The notes under the pieces are model-generated. The model was given only the letters and a program-made list of their open reading frames with translations. It made no database searches and was not told the origin of the DNA. Position numbers and translations under genes: made by a program. From Escherichia phage JEP6: a stretch of DNA of 64,000 bases. The DNA is taken from the sequence record MT764206.1, one strand, 5' to 3'. Below are positions 29,430-39,196 of this stretch, piece after piece (positions within the stretch are counted from its first letter, which is position 1; the number at the start of each line of letters is the position of its first letter).

Positions 29430-29571
29430 TGAAAGCTTTAACTAATGCTTTATTAACTTCAGCATACTGAGTAGTAGCCCATTGAACGTCATCTTTCATC
29501 ATTGTGGTTTCTTTAGTAAACATGCTTTCATTCTTAAACCACCCCATAAAAACTACCTTTACCAATTCCAT
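29389..29571 (-). CDS. dmd: Dmd, antitoxin against RnlA/LsoA
   Basis: 60 aa MELVKVVFMGWFKNESMFTKE...CEVDCRG matches T4 Dmd. Confidence 0.85.
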   Translation of the reverse strand: MELVKVVFMGWFKNESMFTKETTMMKDDVQWATTQYAEVNKALVKAFIDDKKVCEVDCRG

Positions 29572-29629
29572 AACAATCTCCCCATTTAACCAACAAGACT
29601 ACTATACCATAGTCTCGTCAGCTTGTAAA

Positions 29630-31057
29630 CTAAAATTTTAATTCATTTGCCAAAGCATCTAACTGAGCTCGAGTCGATTCGTTTCTTTGATAGCGATTCT
29701 GTTCAGCCTGAATCTGCTGTGAACCTGCTACCTCACTCACTCCAGTTGGAGTAGAATCTTGTTCAATTTCTACCCATTTCTGATTTCCTTTTTGAACACC
29801 CATCAAAAACTTATTCCATTTGTTTTTATCGCCATATCGTGATTTGATTTGCTTAATGAGTTGTTGTTCAGCAGCTGCTAGCTCCTCGGTTTCAATGACC
29901 GCAAGCATAAAATCAGCTGTTGCTGGAAGACCGGCAGATTCTGCAATATCGCTCATGTTAACATCAGAAGAATCCCAAGCTTGTTTACCAACCTGTGCTG
30001 CAGTCCAAAGAACAGTTTCGGTTTCAACAGCAAGAGCACGTAATTCCTCTGCAATGGCTTTAACAGTTGTGTAACTATTTTCTGAGTAAACTCTAATGCG
30101 GCAAGATTTACAAATACCCAGATAGTCGACAATAATGATTGTTGGAACAAAATTCTTCTTGAGCTTCAATTCGTTTAAAAGTGATCGAAATGTATTAGCG
30201 TCTGCTCCACCAGTAGGATACTGTTTAACGATTAAACGCCCAAGAGTAGATTTCTCACGCCATTTTTCCATTTTTCCTTTATATTCAGCGTAAGAAATAT
30301 GCCCATCATCAATGTCATCAAGAGAAACATCAAGCATATTAGCATCAATACGCTTAGCACAGACTTCTTCTGCCATTTCCATGGAAATGTAAAGAACATT
30401 ATGTCCGAGCTGCAAATAATCTGCTGCCAATGAACACAGACCTAATGACTTACCAACGTTAACGCCAGCCATTAAAACGTTCAGTGTTCCAGTCTCAGCT
30501 CCGCCTTTAGTAATTTTGTTTAGAATTCTGAGTTTAAATGGAACCTTACGAGCTTTATTCATATAAGATAGCCAACGTGCTTCGTAGTCATCCATCCAAT
30601 CATGACCAACGTAGCTATCAAATGAAATTGATAATGCTTGGCGCATGATGTCAGGAATAGCACCTACATCTGGCATTTTCTTATTGCGTTTTTCCGGAGG
30701 AAGCTCAGCATTAGTTTGAATTTCGATTATTTTAGACGTAGCATTAAACATCGCCCTTTGCTGAACATATTTTTCTGTTTCTTTTACTAACCAGCTGTGG
30801 TCTTCCGGAGAATCAGCCAGTTTTGAAATAAGTGTTTTTACACCAGAATATTCTGTTTCAGTAAATGAACTATTTTCTAATGCAACATTTAACGCATTAA
30901 TAGATGGAACACTATGATACTCATTGACATGAGATTTAATTAATTTGAATGTATTTTTAGCTGGACCACTTTCAAAATATTCTGAATCCATATATGGCCA
31001 AACTTTTGAAAAATAAGCTTGATCAAATATGAGATGGGAAAGAATAATTTCTACCAC
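29630..31057 (-). CDS. 41: replicative DNA helicase (DnaB-like)
   Basis: 475 aa; Walker A GVNVGKS; initiates at GTG with SD AAGGAG. Confidence 0.9.
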   Translation of the reverse strand: MVEIILSHLIFDQAYFSKVWPYMDSEYFESGPAKNTFKLIKSHVNEYHSVPSINALNVALENSSFTETEYSGVKTLISKLADSPEDHSWLVKETEKYVQQRAMFNATSKIIEIQTNAELPPEKRNKKMPDVGAIPDIMRQALSISFDSYVGHDWMDDYEARWLSYMNKARKVPFKLRILNKITKGGAETGTLNVLMAGVNVGKSLGLCSLAADYLQLGHNVLYISMEMAEEVCAKRIDANMLDVSLDDIDDGHISYAEYKGKMEKWREKSTLGRLIVKQYPTGGADANTFRSLLNELKLKKNFVPTIIIVDYLGICKSCRIRVYSENSYTTVKAIAEELRALAVETETVLWTAAQVGKQAWDSSDVNMSDIAESAGLPATADFMLAVIETEELAAAEQQLIKQIKSRYGDKNKWNKFLMGVQKGNQKWVEIEQDSTPTGVSEVAGSQQIQAEQNRYQRNESTRAQLDALANELKF

Positions 31058-31066
31058 ACTTACTCC

Positions 31067-31411
31067 TTAAAAGAATTTAAACTTTTTCTTTGACCTTTTA
31101 TTGAATGCATCTTGTAGTTGCATTGTAATACATTTTTCTACATGAGGAGCTAACTCAGCTTTTCTTTCTTGGTCAAGAACAGCAAAGTCCATTACAACCT
31201 TTCCATCAACCCAATCTAATTTTGTCACATACACAATGTGTGTAGAACCATCTTCTAGTTTAATGACAATCTCCTGGATAACATTTTCCATGGCAGATTT
31301 AATTATCTTAAGAGACTCATTAAAAAGACGTTCTTTTCTTTCTTCTTCCCCCTCCGAAGAGGGGGATTCATCGATAATTTCTAGATCTAAGTCTAAATCA
31401 TCTTTATTCAT
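31067..31411 (-). CDS. 40: gp40 head-assembly/vertex protein
   Basis: Start at ATG MNKDDLDL, 5 nt after uvsX stop; track start is GTG. Confidence 0.6.
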   Translation of the reverse strand: MNKDDLDLDLEIIDESPSSEGEEERKERLFNESLKIIKSAMENVIQEIVIKLEDGSTHIVYVTKLDWVDGKVVMDFAVLDQERKAELAPHVEKCITMQLQDAFNKRSKKKFKFF

Positions 31412-32585
31412 TAAATTCTTCCATATCACTTAACTGCTCGAGGTCAGTTTCTAAATCAGCAGCTGATTTACTTTTACTTTCTGGAGATTTAAATTTTTCA
31501 ACCTTTGAGTTAATCAATTCATCAACTTCAGCTTCAACAATTTCATTACTATCAATAGCACCTAATTGATAAGCACGTTTAATAGCATCTCGGAATGGTT
31601 GATGCTTAAATAAAGGACCCCAGAATGTAGTGCAGTTGGTATCTTTTGCACGCCAAGATTTTTCTTCGCGAATCATCTCGCCGGTTTCTTCATCAAGAAA
31701 TTCACGAGCATACCAGCCATTTTTTGGTTTTACTACAAATCCTAATTCTAGAGCCATATCTAACAATCCAGAATAAGGATCGATACCACCGTCAAATTTA
31801 ACATCAATAAAGAATTTACTTTTTTCTTTAACGGTACGAGATTTTTCTACATTTAGAACAAATTGATACCCCTGAAGATCAGAACCATCTTTAATCTGAC
31901 GTTTACCGATAATGAATACAGTATCAGCCGAATACATTACGCCTGTACCACCTGTCATCACGGTTTTACTAAACATTTCAATCGTTTCAATTGTGTGGTT
32001 AACCGCAACACATGGAATATTTTTAATGCTAAAATAAGGAGTAACAATACGGAATAATGACTTCAGTGATTTAGCACGAGTCATATCTGCCACAGATTTT
32101 TCATTCAAGGCATCTTCCGTTTCTTTCTTAGAAGCCATATTACCAATTGAGTCGATGAATACAATAACCTTTTCACCACGCTCAATAGCTTCAAGCTGAT
32201 TCACCATATCAATTTTCAGTTGTTCAACTGACTGGATTGGCGTATGAATTACTCGTTCTGGGTCAACTCCCATGGATCGCAAATAAGCTGGAGTAATACC
32301 AAATTCGCTATCATAGAATAGACAAACCGCGTCAGGATATTTGTTCAAATATGCCGCAACCATAGTCAAAGACATATTTGATTTAAAGTGTTTAGAAGGC
32401 CCTGCAAAAATAGTTAAACCAGACTGCATACCGCCATCAATCGCACCAGAAATAGCGATATTAAGCATTGGAATTTTTGTACGAATTACATCCTTTTCAT
32501 TAAAGAATTTAGATGTAGTCAGCTCAGCAGTCATTTTAGAAGTGGAAGCTTTAATTAAACGGGATTTTAAATCTGCAATAGACAT
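31404..32585 (-). CDS. uvsX: UvsX recombinase (RecA-like)
   Basis: 393 aa; Walker A GPSKHFKS; matches T4 UvsX. Confidence 0.9.
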   Translation of the reverse strand: MSIADLKSRLIKASTSKMTAELTTSKFFNEKDVIRTKIPMLNIAISGAIDGGMQSGLTIFAGPSKHFKSNMSLTMVAAYLNKYPDAVCLFYDSEFGITPAYLRSMGVDPERVIHTPIQSVEQLKIDMVNQLEAIERGEKVIVFIDSIGNMASKKETEDALNEKSVADMTRAKSLKSLFRIVTPYFSIKNIPCVAVNHTIETIEMFSKTVMTGGTGVMYSADTVFIIGKRQIKDGSDLQGYQFVLNVEKSRTVKEKSKFFIDVKFDGGIDPYSGLLDMALELGFVVKPKNGWYAREFLDEETGEMIREEKSWRAKDTNCTTFWGPLFKHQPFRDAIKRAYQLGAIDSNEIVEAEVDELINSKVEKFKSPESKSKSAADLETDLEQLSDMEEFNE

Positions 32586-32662
32586 TCATTTTTTCCATAG
32601 GCATCATTATATTTTCCTCACTGGTTAAAGATAGAGTAATTATAACACAATAAATTTAGGCA

Positions 32663-33505
32663 TTAATCAACTGCTATTGGATGAATAGCATTAAACTTAT
32701 GAAATGCTTCTGATTTTTCTTTACGCGAAACACACATGCGAAGAACCTTTAGTGGTTCATCTTCTTCACCCAACGATTTTCGTTTTTCAATATTTGAAGT
32801 TTTCCAACGAGCTTGCTCTGGAAACTCTCTATTGATTTGCTCAAGCGCTCTATTATGTTTAGAATTACTACGAATTGAACTACACCCACCGGGAGCGTGT
32901 GATTTTCCAGATACAACTAGATATTTGAACAAGGCCAAATGCGGATAACCTTGATTAATTAAATTGAGAAATGCATACATATCTTCGCATAAATCAATTT
33001 TTCCATACCCAATTTGTTCTGTCGTAAGTTTTCCGAGGTCATACCATGTATTCGTGAATCCATATGAGTTTTCACGATAATTACCCCAAGATGAAGTAAT
33101 TTTAAAAATTGGTAGACGAGCATGACCGTGATAATACCCGCAATCCATGGCATCTTCAACGTATTGAATTAATTCATAGAACTGTTCACGAGTTAATTGA
33201 TTAATTTTATCTACACGCCGTTTATCGTCTCTCTTTCGTATTGAACTCATACGAATAGTAGTATCATCATCAATCATCCAGATTCGTTGACCTGCATACA
33301 TATCAGTAATTGCTTTACGAGTACCGGCAATTCCATTAACATCATCAGGAATAGTTACAATTTTAGCTCTAGACCCGTAAGCATCATAATAAGCTTTTTC
33401 TTCGTGTTCACGCACTACAATATGGGGTTCATAATCAGTCGGAAACATATTAAGGGCAGAAACTGCCCCTACACGCTGATAACTTGGAATTACGAATTGA
33501 ATCAT
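32663..33505 (-). CDS. putative DNA-modifying glycosyltransferase with DxD motif, not T4 beta-gt
   Basis: About 280 aa; WMIDDDT motif; occupies beta-gt locus between uvsX and 42; ATGA-coupled to gene 42 stop. Confidence 0.55.
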   Translation of the reverse strand: MIQFVIPSYQRVGAVSALNMFPTDYEPHIVVREHEEKAYYDAYGSRAKIVTIPDDVNGIAGTRKAITDMYAGQRIWMIDDDTTIRMSSIRKRDDKRRVDKINQLTREQFYELIQYVEDAMDCGYYHGHARLPIFKITSSWGNYRENSYGFTNTWYDLGKLTTEQIGYGKIDLCEDMYAFLNLINQGYPHLALFKYLVVSGKSHAPGGCSSIRSNSKHNRALEQINREFPEQARWKTSNIEKRKSLGEEDEPLKVLRMCVSRKEKSEAFHKFNAIHPIAVD

Positions 33506-34242
33506 TTCCACTCACCGTTATAATCTTTTTTCACAATATGAGTTTCGCCAGTATTCCACCAATGATCAACCAAGTAAAAATGACGAGAATATACATGAAG
33601 ACTTCCAACATTCCATATAATAGAACCTGCTTTATACTGACGAGTTGAATCGCCTGCATTCAAATCAGATACTAATTTATCTAATACGTATTTTTGCCAT
33701 GCATAATCATTACGGAATCCGAAGACCACGTCATTTGAGCGCATGTTAACAACCGCATTGACTTTCTTATCACGAATCAGGTACTGTACTGTATTAGTAC
33801 ACATGAAATCTGACATACCATCTTTATTGTAGTCAAATTGCATGGATGGACGAGTATAAATCATGATACCACGTCGAGAATCAGGATTTTGACCAAGTTC
33901 AGCTAAACACATATCATACTGGGCATAGTTATCTTCTGACCAGATAGCCCAACCATAATTCGAGTTAATTTCACCTTTAGAAGATGCTACCTGCTGCCAA
34001 ATCTTCGGTGTTTCACCTGGAATATCTTTAACAAACAGACTTTGAGACTTATACCATTCAAGTTCACGCTGAATGTATTCATCATTAAGAGCGCCAAAAA
34101 TAAACGGTTCATCTGCTACAAATGATGCGCCAATAATTTCAATAGTTTTAACGCCAGTTTTATCAACTACGAAATCTTTTTCCTTTAATGCAAGCCCCAA
34201 ATGAAGACGGATTTCTTCAACTGTCATAGAGTCACTAATCAT
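33502..34242 (-). CDS. 42: dCMP hydroxymethylase
   Basis: 246 aa, thymidylate-synthase-like; T4 gp42 length. Confidence 0.9.
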   Translation of the reverse strand: MISDSMTVEEIRLHLGLALKEKDFVVDKTGVKTIEIIGASFVADEPFIFGALNDEYIQRELEWYKSQSLFVKDIPGETPKIWQQVASSKGEINSNYGWAIWSEDNYAQYDMCLAELGQNPDSRRGIMIYTRPSMQFDYNKDGMSDFMCTNTVQYLIRDKKVNAVVNMRSNDVVFGFRNDYAWQKYVLDKLVSDLNAGDSTRQYKAGSIIWNVGSLHVYSRHFYLVDHWWNTGETHIVKKDYNGEWK

Positions 34243-34395
34243 TTAAACCTCAATTGATACATTCATATTTAACTTGTAACAGTAATAAACCCCAACCTAA
34301 AATAATAGTTGGAATCATAAGAGGAACCGTTACACTATAGTATATACTTATTATAACCATCAAGATTAAAAGCAATGCTGTTATAATTTTGCTTT

Positions 34396-34647
34396 TCATT
34401 CCTTCTCTCTGATGATAATTACCTGATTTGGCTGCGCAGACTTTTTAGTTTCACCCGCAATTGACCAAATAAATGTAATAAACCAACCAATAATTGACCA
34501 GTTAAACAGTAAAGATGTGAAAAAGATTCCTACTGTCGATTTTGACCCACGCATCAAGGCGATAAACCATGGAAGCATGTATATAATAATAGCCAACACG
34601 CCTGAAACTAAAACCATAAAAATTGAACCTGCTACTAAAGTTTCCAT
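34396..34647 (-). CDS. imm: superinfection immunity membrane protein Imm
   Basis: 83 aa, two TM segments. Confidence 0.8.
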   Translation of the reverse strand: METLVAGSIFMVLVSGVLAIIIYMLPWFIALMRGSKSTVGIFFTSLLFNWSIIGWFITFIWSIAGETKKSAQPNQVIIIREKE

Positions 34648-34654
34648 GTTTTCC

Positions 34655-35035
34655 TCACTTAGTCAAATTTTTTACACATGAATTATAAGAATTCACTACA
34701 TACTCCATCGGAGCATTTTTACCTGTACGCCATTGGTAATTATTAGCCCAATTTGCCCAAAGTTCTGCACAGTAGTTTTCAATTTTTTCTTCGCGTGTAA
34801 TTACATCCGAATTACGATATGCTTGAGCAGATTCATCTGGACGAATAGCTTCGTCAAAATTCGCCTGCATTTGTTCTACTGTCTGTTTTGGAGCTTCTTT
34901 ATAACACTTGACATTAGGATTATAAAATTTGCTTGAACAGTTTACAATTTTTCCTACATCAGACTGATTTACTACCGGTCCTTGAGCTACACAACCAGTA
35001 AGACCTAATGCAATAACCAAAATAGCGATTTTCAT
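34655..35035 (-). CDS. putative lipoprotein
   Basis: 126 aa, lipobox LTGC. Confidence 0.5.
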   Translation of the reverse strand: MKIAILVIALGLTGCVAQGPVVNQSDVGKIVNCSSKFYNPNVKCYKEAPKQTVEQMQANFDEAIRPDESAQAYRNSDVITREEKIENYCAELWANWANNYQWRTGKNAPMEYVVNSYNSCVKNLTK

Positions 35036-35045
35036 AATAATTTCC

Positions 35046-35315
35046 TCAAATACAAGTAGTAATTACTCCAGTAGTGCTTACACAGATATTACCTAATTGA
35101 ACACCCAGCGTTCCATTAGTATTCATATGAAGATTATCATCAATTTTTGTTGATACTTTACCATTCATGTGAATAACAGTATTAGATTCAATCACATTCT
35201 GAGTGTCATTTTCAATATCAATAAATGGAACAGCTGCTAATGCAACTAGAACAACTGCTAATGCAACTAAACACGCTGCTAAACAACCATAAACAATTTT
35301 CATTTTATTCTCCAA
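35046..35315 (-). CDS. small membrane protein
   Basis: 89 aa, N-terminal TM. Confidence 0.5.
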   Translation of the reverse strand: MENKMKIVYGCLAACLVALAVVLVALAAVPFIDIENDTQNVIESNTVIHMNGKVSTKIDDNLHMNTNGTLGVQLGNICVSTTGVITTCI

Positions 35316-35337
35316 ATCCGTATCAGTTGATAGTTGT

Positions 35338-35367
35338 ATAGTACCATGGAAGAACAGGGATGTAAAC
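35338..35367 (-). promoter_or_regulatory. early promoter (GTTTAC / TGGTACTAT)
   Basis: Family member. Confidence 0.5.
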
Positions 35368-35457
35368 GGTTTTGTGAAAAAATTTTTTTAATGAATTTAC
35401 AGGACCTAGAATCATCTGTTTTTCATAAGTATAGATTTATATTACTTGTATGAAAAA

Positions 35458-35473
35458 GGGACCCGGAGGTCCC
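35458..35473 (-). terminator. hairpin GGGACC-UCCG-GGUCCC at gene 43 3' end
   Basis: Perfect 6-bp stem, followed by U-rich stretch. Confidence 0.4.
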
Positions 35474-35486
35474 TAGATTTATTCTA

Positions 35487-38183
35487 TCAGCCAAACAGGA
35501 AGTCTAACGAAGCTTTTTCTTCATAGTCCATGCCAGCCGATTCACACATACCTGCAAGCGGTTTAACAAACGATTTTTGGAACAAAGTTGAGTGGTCAAT
35601 CCAAGATAGCACATCAGAACGAATTTCTTTTGGAAGTTCTGTACCCGATGGCCAAGCAATGCACTTGTCACCAAATGGATTTCCTTCACGTAATGGAAGA
35701 ACCATTACTTTATTTCCATCCAAAATTGGAGCTACACCCAGACCACTAACAGCTCGACGATAAGTTAGCACACCGCGAATATGGAACGGGCATTTAAATC
35801 CTGGCCAACCTTTATCATCATATTTCGCTATATCGTTCGCAGTTTTTACTTCAGCAATAACTTTATAGTCAAGTTGACGATATTCTTTCTCGAAGTTCTT
35901 GTAGTATTCTTGGACAGACTCTTCACCTTCCTGAAGAATACGACGAATACTTTCTTCGAGAGCTTCTTGCACTGCTTTTGGTGTTGAACTCTGCTGAGTT
36001 TCCATACCCATGATTTTTAGATGCGGTTCAGCAAATCGTTTATCTTCCATATCATAAACGTTCAGAGCATAACGCTTTTTCGCTTTCCAAAATCCACCAA
36101 CACCCTTTGAACCAAGTGGAGGGCAAGAAATAGCTTCACGGTCCATATGCATCAGATGCTCGCGGTTATTCATATAATCACATAACTCACGATATGCAAC
36201 ATCAATCATAGGTTCCATCTTTTTCTTACCGAACTGATTCATGAATTCAACTAAATCGTTCTGCTCTTTGAATCGGTCAAGACCAACTTTTTCAATAACT
36301 TTATCTACACAAACATATACCGAATCAGTATCACCTGCTGCGATGAAATCTTCACCATTAGTTCCGCATACTTTATTCAGATATTCATTAATTTTACGAG
36401 CAATCCACTGAATACCAACTTGGCCGAAAATTGTGATAGCAGTAGCATTTCGCAAATCATAGTAACGGAAATGAATATTACCAAGAGCACCATAAAGACT
36501 GTTAATAAGAATTTTACGGTTCAGCTGATTTGTATTAGCAAGTGTAGCCGCTTTTTCACATTCTTCAATCAAACTATTGAGAACAGATTCGGTGTAATTC
36601 GACAGTTCATTTAAGAAATCATCACTGAACTTAACATATCGTTCAACTTCTGGTTTAGTTGAACAAGACCCTGCGCCTTTCATAATAATCTTTTTAATAG
36701 CTTCGGCATTCATTTCTTCAGCGAACATTTTCTTTTTCCAGTCTTTACGCTGGAAAAATACTTTAGCGATTTCCTTTGGAATGATACCTTCTTGATGCTT
36801 ATCATACATCCATCCATTCGGAGAACAAGAATATTCTTCACTTGGCTTAGGAGCTGTTCCTGCGATATATTCATGGATTGGATGAACTTTAAACTGCCCA
36901 CGAATAGTCTCAGGACTAATGTTAACCTGACGAATAATGCTAGGATACAGAGACGTCAAGTCAAAACTCATAATATATCGACGAGCAATTGGTTTAGGTT
37001 CAAACACAAATGCACCCGGAAAACTTTGTTTAACGTGCGAACCTTGTTGAGGAATAACCTTATGTTCACCTTTCAATGAGTTAAAAATAATAGCATCCCA
37101 AGTTTTAATAGGACTCATTACACCAGAAAAAGGCATTTTAGCATAATAAGACATACTTAAAACTAGATCGATAAACCCGCGAATTTTATCAATTGCTTGA
37201 ACTGATTCTACGTCAATGATGTTATAACTAATGTATCGTTGATGATTAGTCTCACGAAGTTTATTAATAGGACCATCGTACGGTAATTTACCTTTTTTGG
37301 TTTCATGTTGAGCAACTGATTCCAAAGAGAATGACGGCAAATTAGTAAATGCGAATTTCTTATACAAATCTAAATAATCAAGAATAGATACGCCATCAAT
37401 AGAATAAATTTCTTTGCTACCGTACACATTTTGAATTAGTTTAGATTTTACCCGACCAATTGGAGAGAAACGTTTCATACTGCGTTCACCGAGAACCATT
37501 TTAACGCGATTCATGATATACGGAACGTCAAATCCCTCAATATTCCAACCAGTAAAAATAGCAGGTCGTTTCTGTTCCCAGAGATTGATATATTCCATGA
37601 GCATATCACGCTCATTATCGAATGGCATATAAATTACTCGGTCAAGAATTTCTTGAGGAACTTCATCACCACCTTCACAGTCAAGCTTAGCAGCTAACTT
37701 TGCATCCCATTTTGATACTGAACCGTACATTGAATTCAAAAGGTCGAAAACATAAAAACGATCGTCAATTGAATCATAATGAGTGATAGCATCAATTTCA
37801 TATTCTGCTTTCATTGGGTCAGGAAATTTATCGCCAGTAACCTCAATGTCACAGTTAGCTACACGAACAAATTTTCGGTCATAAACAATTTCTGAACCAT
37901 ATGTATCACTGATATAAGCGAGTTTAAAATCGTTCATACCGAGAGCTTCGAGACCGATGTCTTCCATTCGCTTCATCCAATCTCGAGCATCTTTCATTGA
38001 TGGAAATTTTTGAGGAGCGCAATTTTTACCATAGATGTCTTTATATTTTGACTCTTCCTTACAATGCCTAAACATAGTTGGAAGATATTCTACTTCACGA
38101 GTACGTTCCTTTCCGTTTTCATCAATATAACGTTCAACAATGTTATTTCCGACTGTTTCAATAGAGATATAAAATTCTTTCAT
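35487..38183 (-). CDS. 43: DNA polymerase (family B)
   Basis: 898 aa; exo motifs and pol motif YGDTDS; T4 gp43 length. Confidence 0.95.
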   Translation of the reverse strand: MKEFYISIETVGNNIVERYIDENGKERTREVEYLPTMFRHCKEESKYKDIYGKNCAPQKFPSMKDARDWMKRMEDIGLEALGMNDFKLAYISDTYGSEIVYDRKFVRVANCDIEVTGDKFPDPMKAEYEIDAITHYDSIDDRFYVFDLLNSMYGSVSKWDAKLAAKLDCEGGDEVPQEILDRVIYMPFDNERDMLMEYINLWEQKRPAIFTGWNIEGFDVPYIMNRVKMVLGERSMKRFSPIGRVKSKLIQNVYGSKEIYSIDGVSILDYLDLYKKFAFTNLPSFSLESVAQHETKKGKLPYDGPINKLRETNHQRYISYNIIDVESVQAIDKIRGFIDLVLSMSYYAKMPFSGVMSPIKTWDAIIFNSLKGEHKVIPQQGSHVKQSFPGAFVFEPKPIARRYIMSFDLTSLYPSIIRQVNISPETIRGQFKVHPIHEYIAGTAPKPSEEYSCSPNGWMYDKHQEGIIPKEIAKVFFQRKDWKKKMFAEEMNAEAIKKIIMKGAGSCSTKPEVERYVKFSDDFLNELSNYTESVLNSLIEECEKAATLANTNQLNRKILINSLYGALGNIHFRYYDLRNATAITIFGQVGIQWIARKINEYLNKVCGTNGEDFIAAGDTDSVYVCVDKVIEKVGLDRFKEQNDLVEFMNQFGKKKMEPMIDVAYRELCDYMNNREHLMHMDREAISCPPLGSKGVGGFWKAKKRYALNVYDMEDKRFAEPHLKIMGMETQQSSTPKAVQEALEESIRRILQEGEESVQEYYKNFEKEYRQLDYKVIAEVKTANDIAKYDDKGWPGFKCPFHIRGVLTYRRAVSGLGVAPILDGNKVMVLPLREGNPFGDKCIAWPSGTELPKEIRSDVLSWIDHSTLFQKSFVKPLAGMCESAGMDYEEKASLDFLFG

Positions 38184-38222
38184 AGATATTCCTTAGTTTA
38201 TAGCCCGAGTTATTAGGCTCTT
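38184..38222 (-). promoter_or_regulatory. gp43 translational operator-like hairpin at gene 43 RBS
   Basis: RNA AGCCUAAUAACUCGGGCU (5-bp stem, 8-nt loop) just 5' of the SD and AUG. Confidence 0.4.
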
Positions 38223-38244
38223 GATATATTATACTCCAAATAAG

Positions 38245-38257
38245 GGGCCGAAGCCCC
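38245..38257 (-). terminator. GGGGCUUCGGCCCC tetraloop hairpin
   Basis: UUCG hairpin at regA 3' end. Confidence 0.4.
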
Positions 38258-38261
38258 TTGC

Positions 38262-38630
38262 TTAATTTCCAATCGTATATTTAGGAACGAGTTTCCATTC
38301 ATGTTTTTGCTTAAAAGAAATAACTCGGAAGTTATTAGTTAAATCTTTCATAAAAGTTCTTTGACCAGGGACGATTTCAATCAGTCCCCAATCTTCTAAT
38401 AGCCATGCAATCGAATCACGACGAACTTCATCTTCTTCTGTCATTTCAACTTGACGACCATCCATACGAAGCATTTCTTTAAAATGAACGATATAGTATA
38501 GTCCTTTTTTCTGAAGAATATGACAGGACTGATACAGAACTTTATCTTTATTATTAGCAATTCCCATACGAGTCAAAGTTTCTTTAACTTTCAGAAAATC
38601 TTCAGGTTTTTTAAGAGTAATTTCAATCAT
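38262..38630 (-). CDS. regA: translational repressor RegA
   Basis: 122 aa, matches T4 RegA. Confidence 0.85.
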   Translation of the reverse strand: MIEITLKKPEDFLKVKETLTRMGIANNKDKVLYQSCHILQKKGLYYIVHFKEMLRMDGRQVEMTEEDEVRRDSIAWLLEDWGLIEIVPGQRTFMKDLTNNFRVISFKQKHEWKLVPKYTIGN

Positions 38631-38631
38631 T

Positions 38632-39195
38632 TTACCATTCCAATGCTAGTTTTTTGAGTTGTTTCTGTTCTTTTACATTCTTAGTCACTTCTTTCAAAAA
38701 ATCATCCGTGACTAAACCTTTTAGTTCTTTTAATACTAAAGGAAGTTTTCCATTTTTAGTAAGAATTGATTTATAGTTAATTGCATCATTTGTATTAACT
38801 TGATACCGCTTAGCAAGTAACTTAATAATCAATACTTCGGTAGAATCTTCAACCAGTTTTGCCCATTTACCATATCTTTTACCCCGAGGAACAGCAGCCA
38901 TCAGATAATTAAAATGAGCTTCATCACTTAAACCTGATCCAATTAAATTCATAGCATATACAGCTGGCATGCATTCAGGAAATTGTGATAATGCATTCTC
39001 AACCATGTATTTTGAATAATCTTTTTGAGCAATAGAGCATTTAGTTTTATTATTGATCGCTCCAATTATTTCAAAAAATTCATTTTCAGCTTTTTCTTTA
39101 AAAGAATCAGCAGCGGATTGGACAGCTGTCCAATCTTTTGAATACCAAGCAACTTGATGCTCGTTTAATTGAATATCATCTTCAAATAAGCTCAT
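38632..39195 (-). CDS. 62: clamp-loader small subunit
   Basis: 187 aa. Confidence 0.85.
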   Translation of the reverse strand: MSLFEDDIQLNEHQVAWYSKDWTAVQSAADSFKEKAENEFFEIIGAINNKTKCSIAQKDYSKYMVENALSQFPECMPAVYAMNLIGSGLSDEAHFNYLMAAVPRGKRYGKWAKLVEDSTEVLIIKLLAKRYQVNTNDAINYKSILTKNGKLPLVLKELKGLVTDDFLKEVTKNVKEQKQLKKLALEW

Positions 39196-39196
39196 A

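Noticed and set aside
32609-32640. Middle promoter upstream of uvsX (TGCCTAA, 11 nt, TATAAT)
   Set aside because: The MotA box has two mismatches to TGCTTtA; plausible but too weak to list as a feature.
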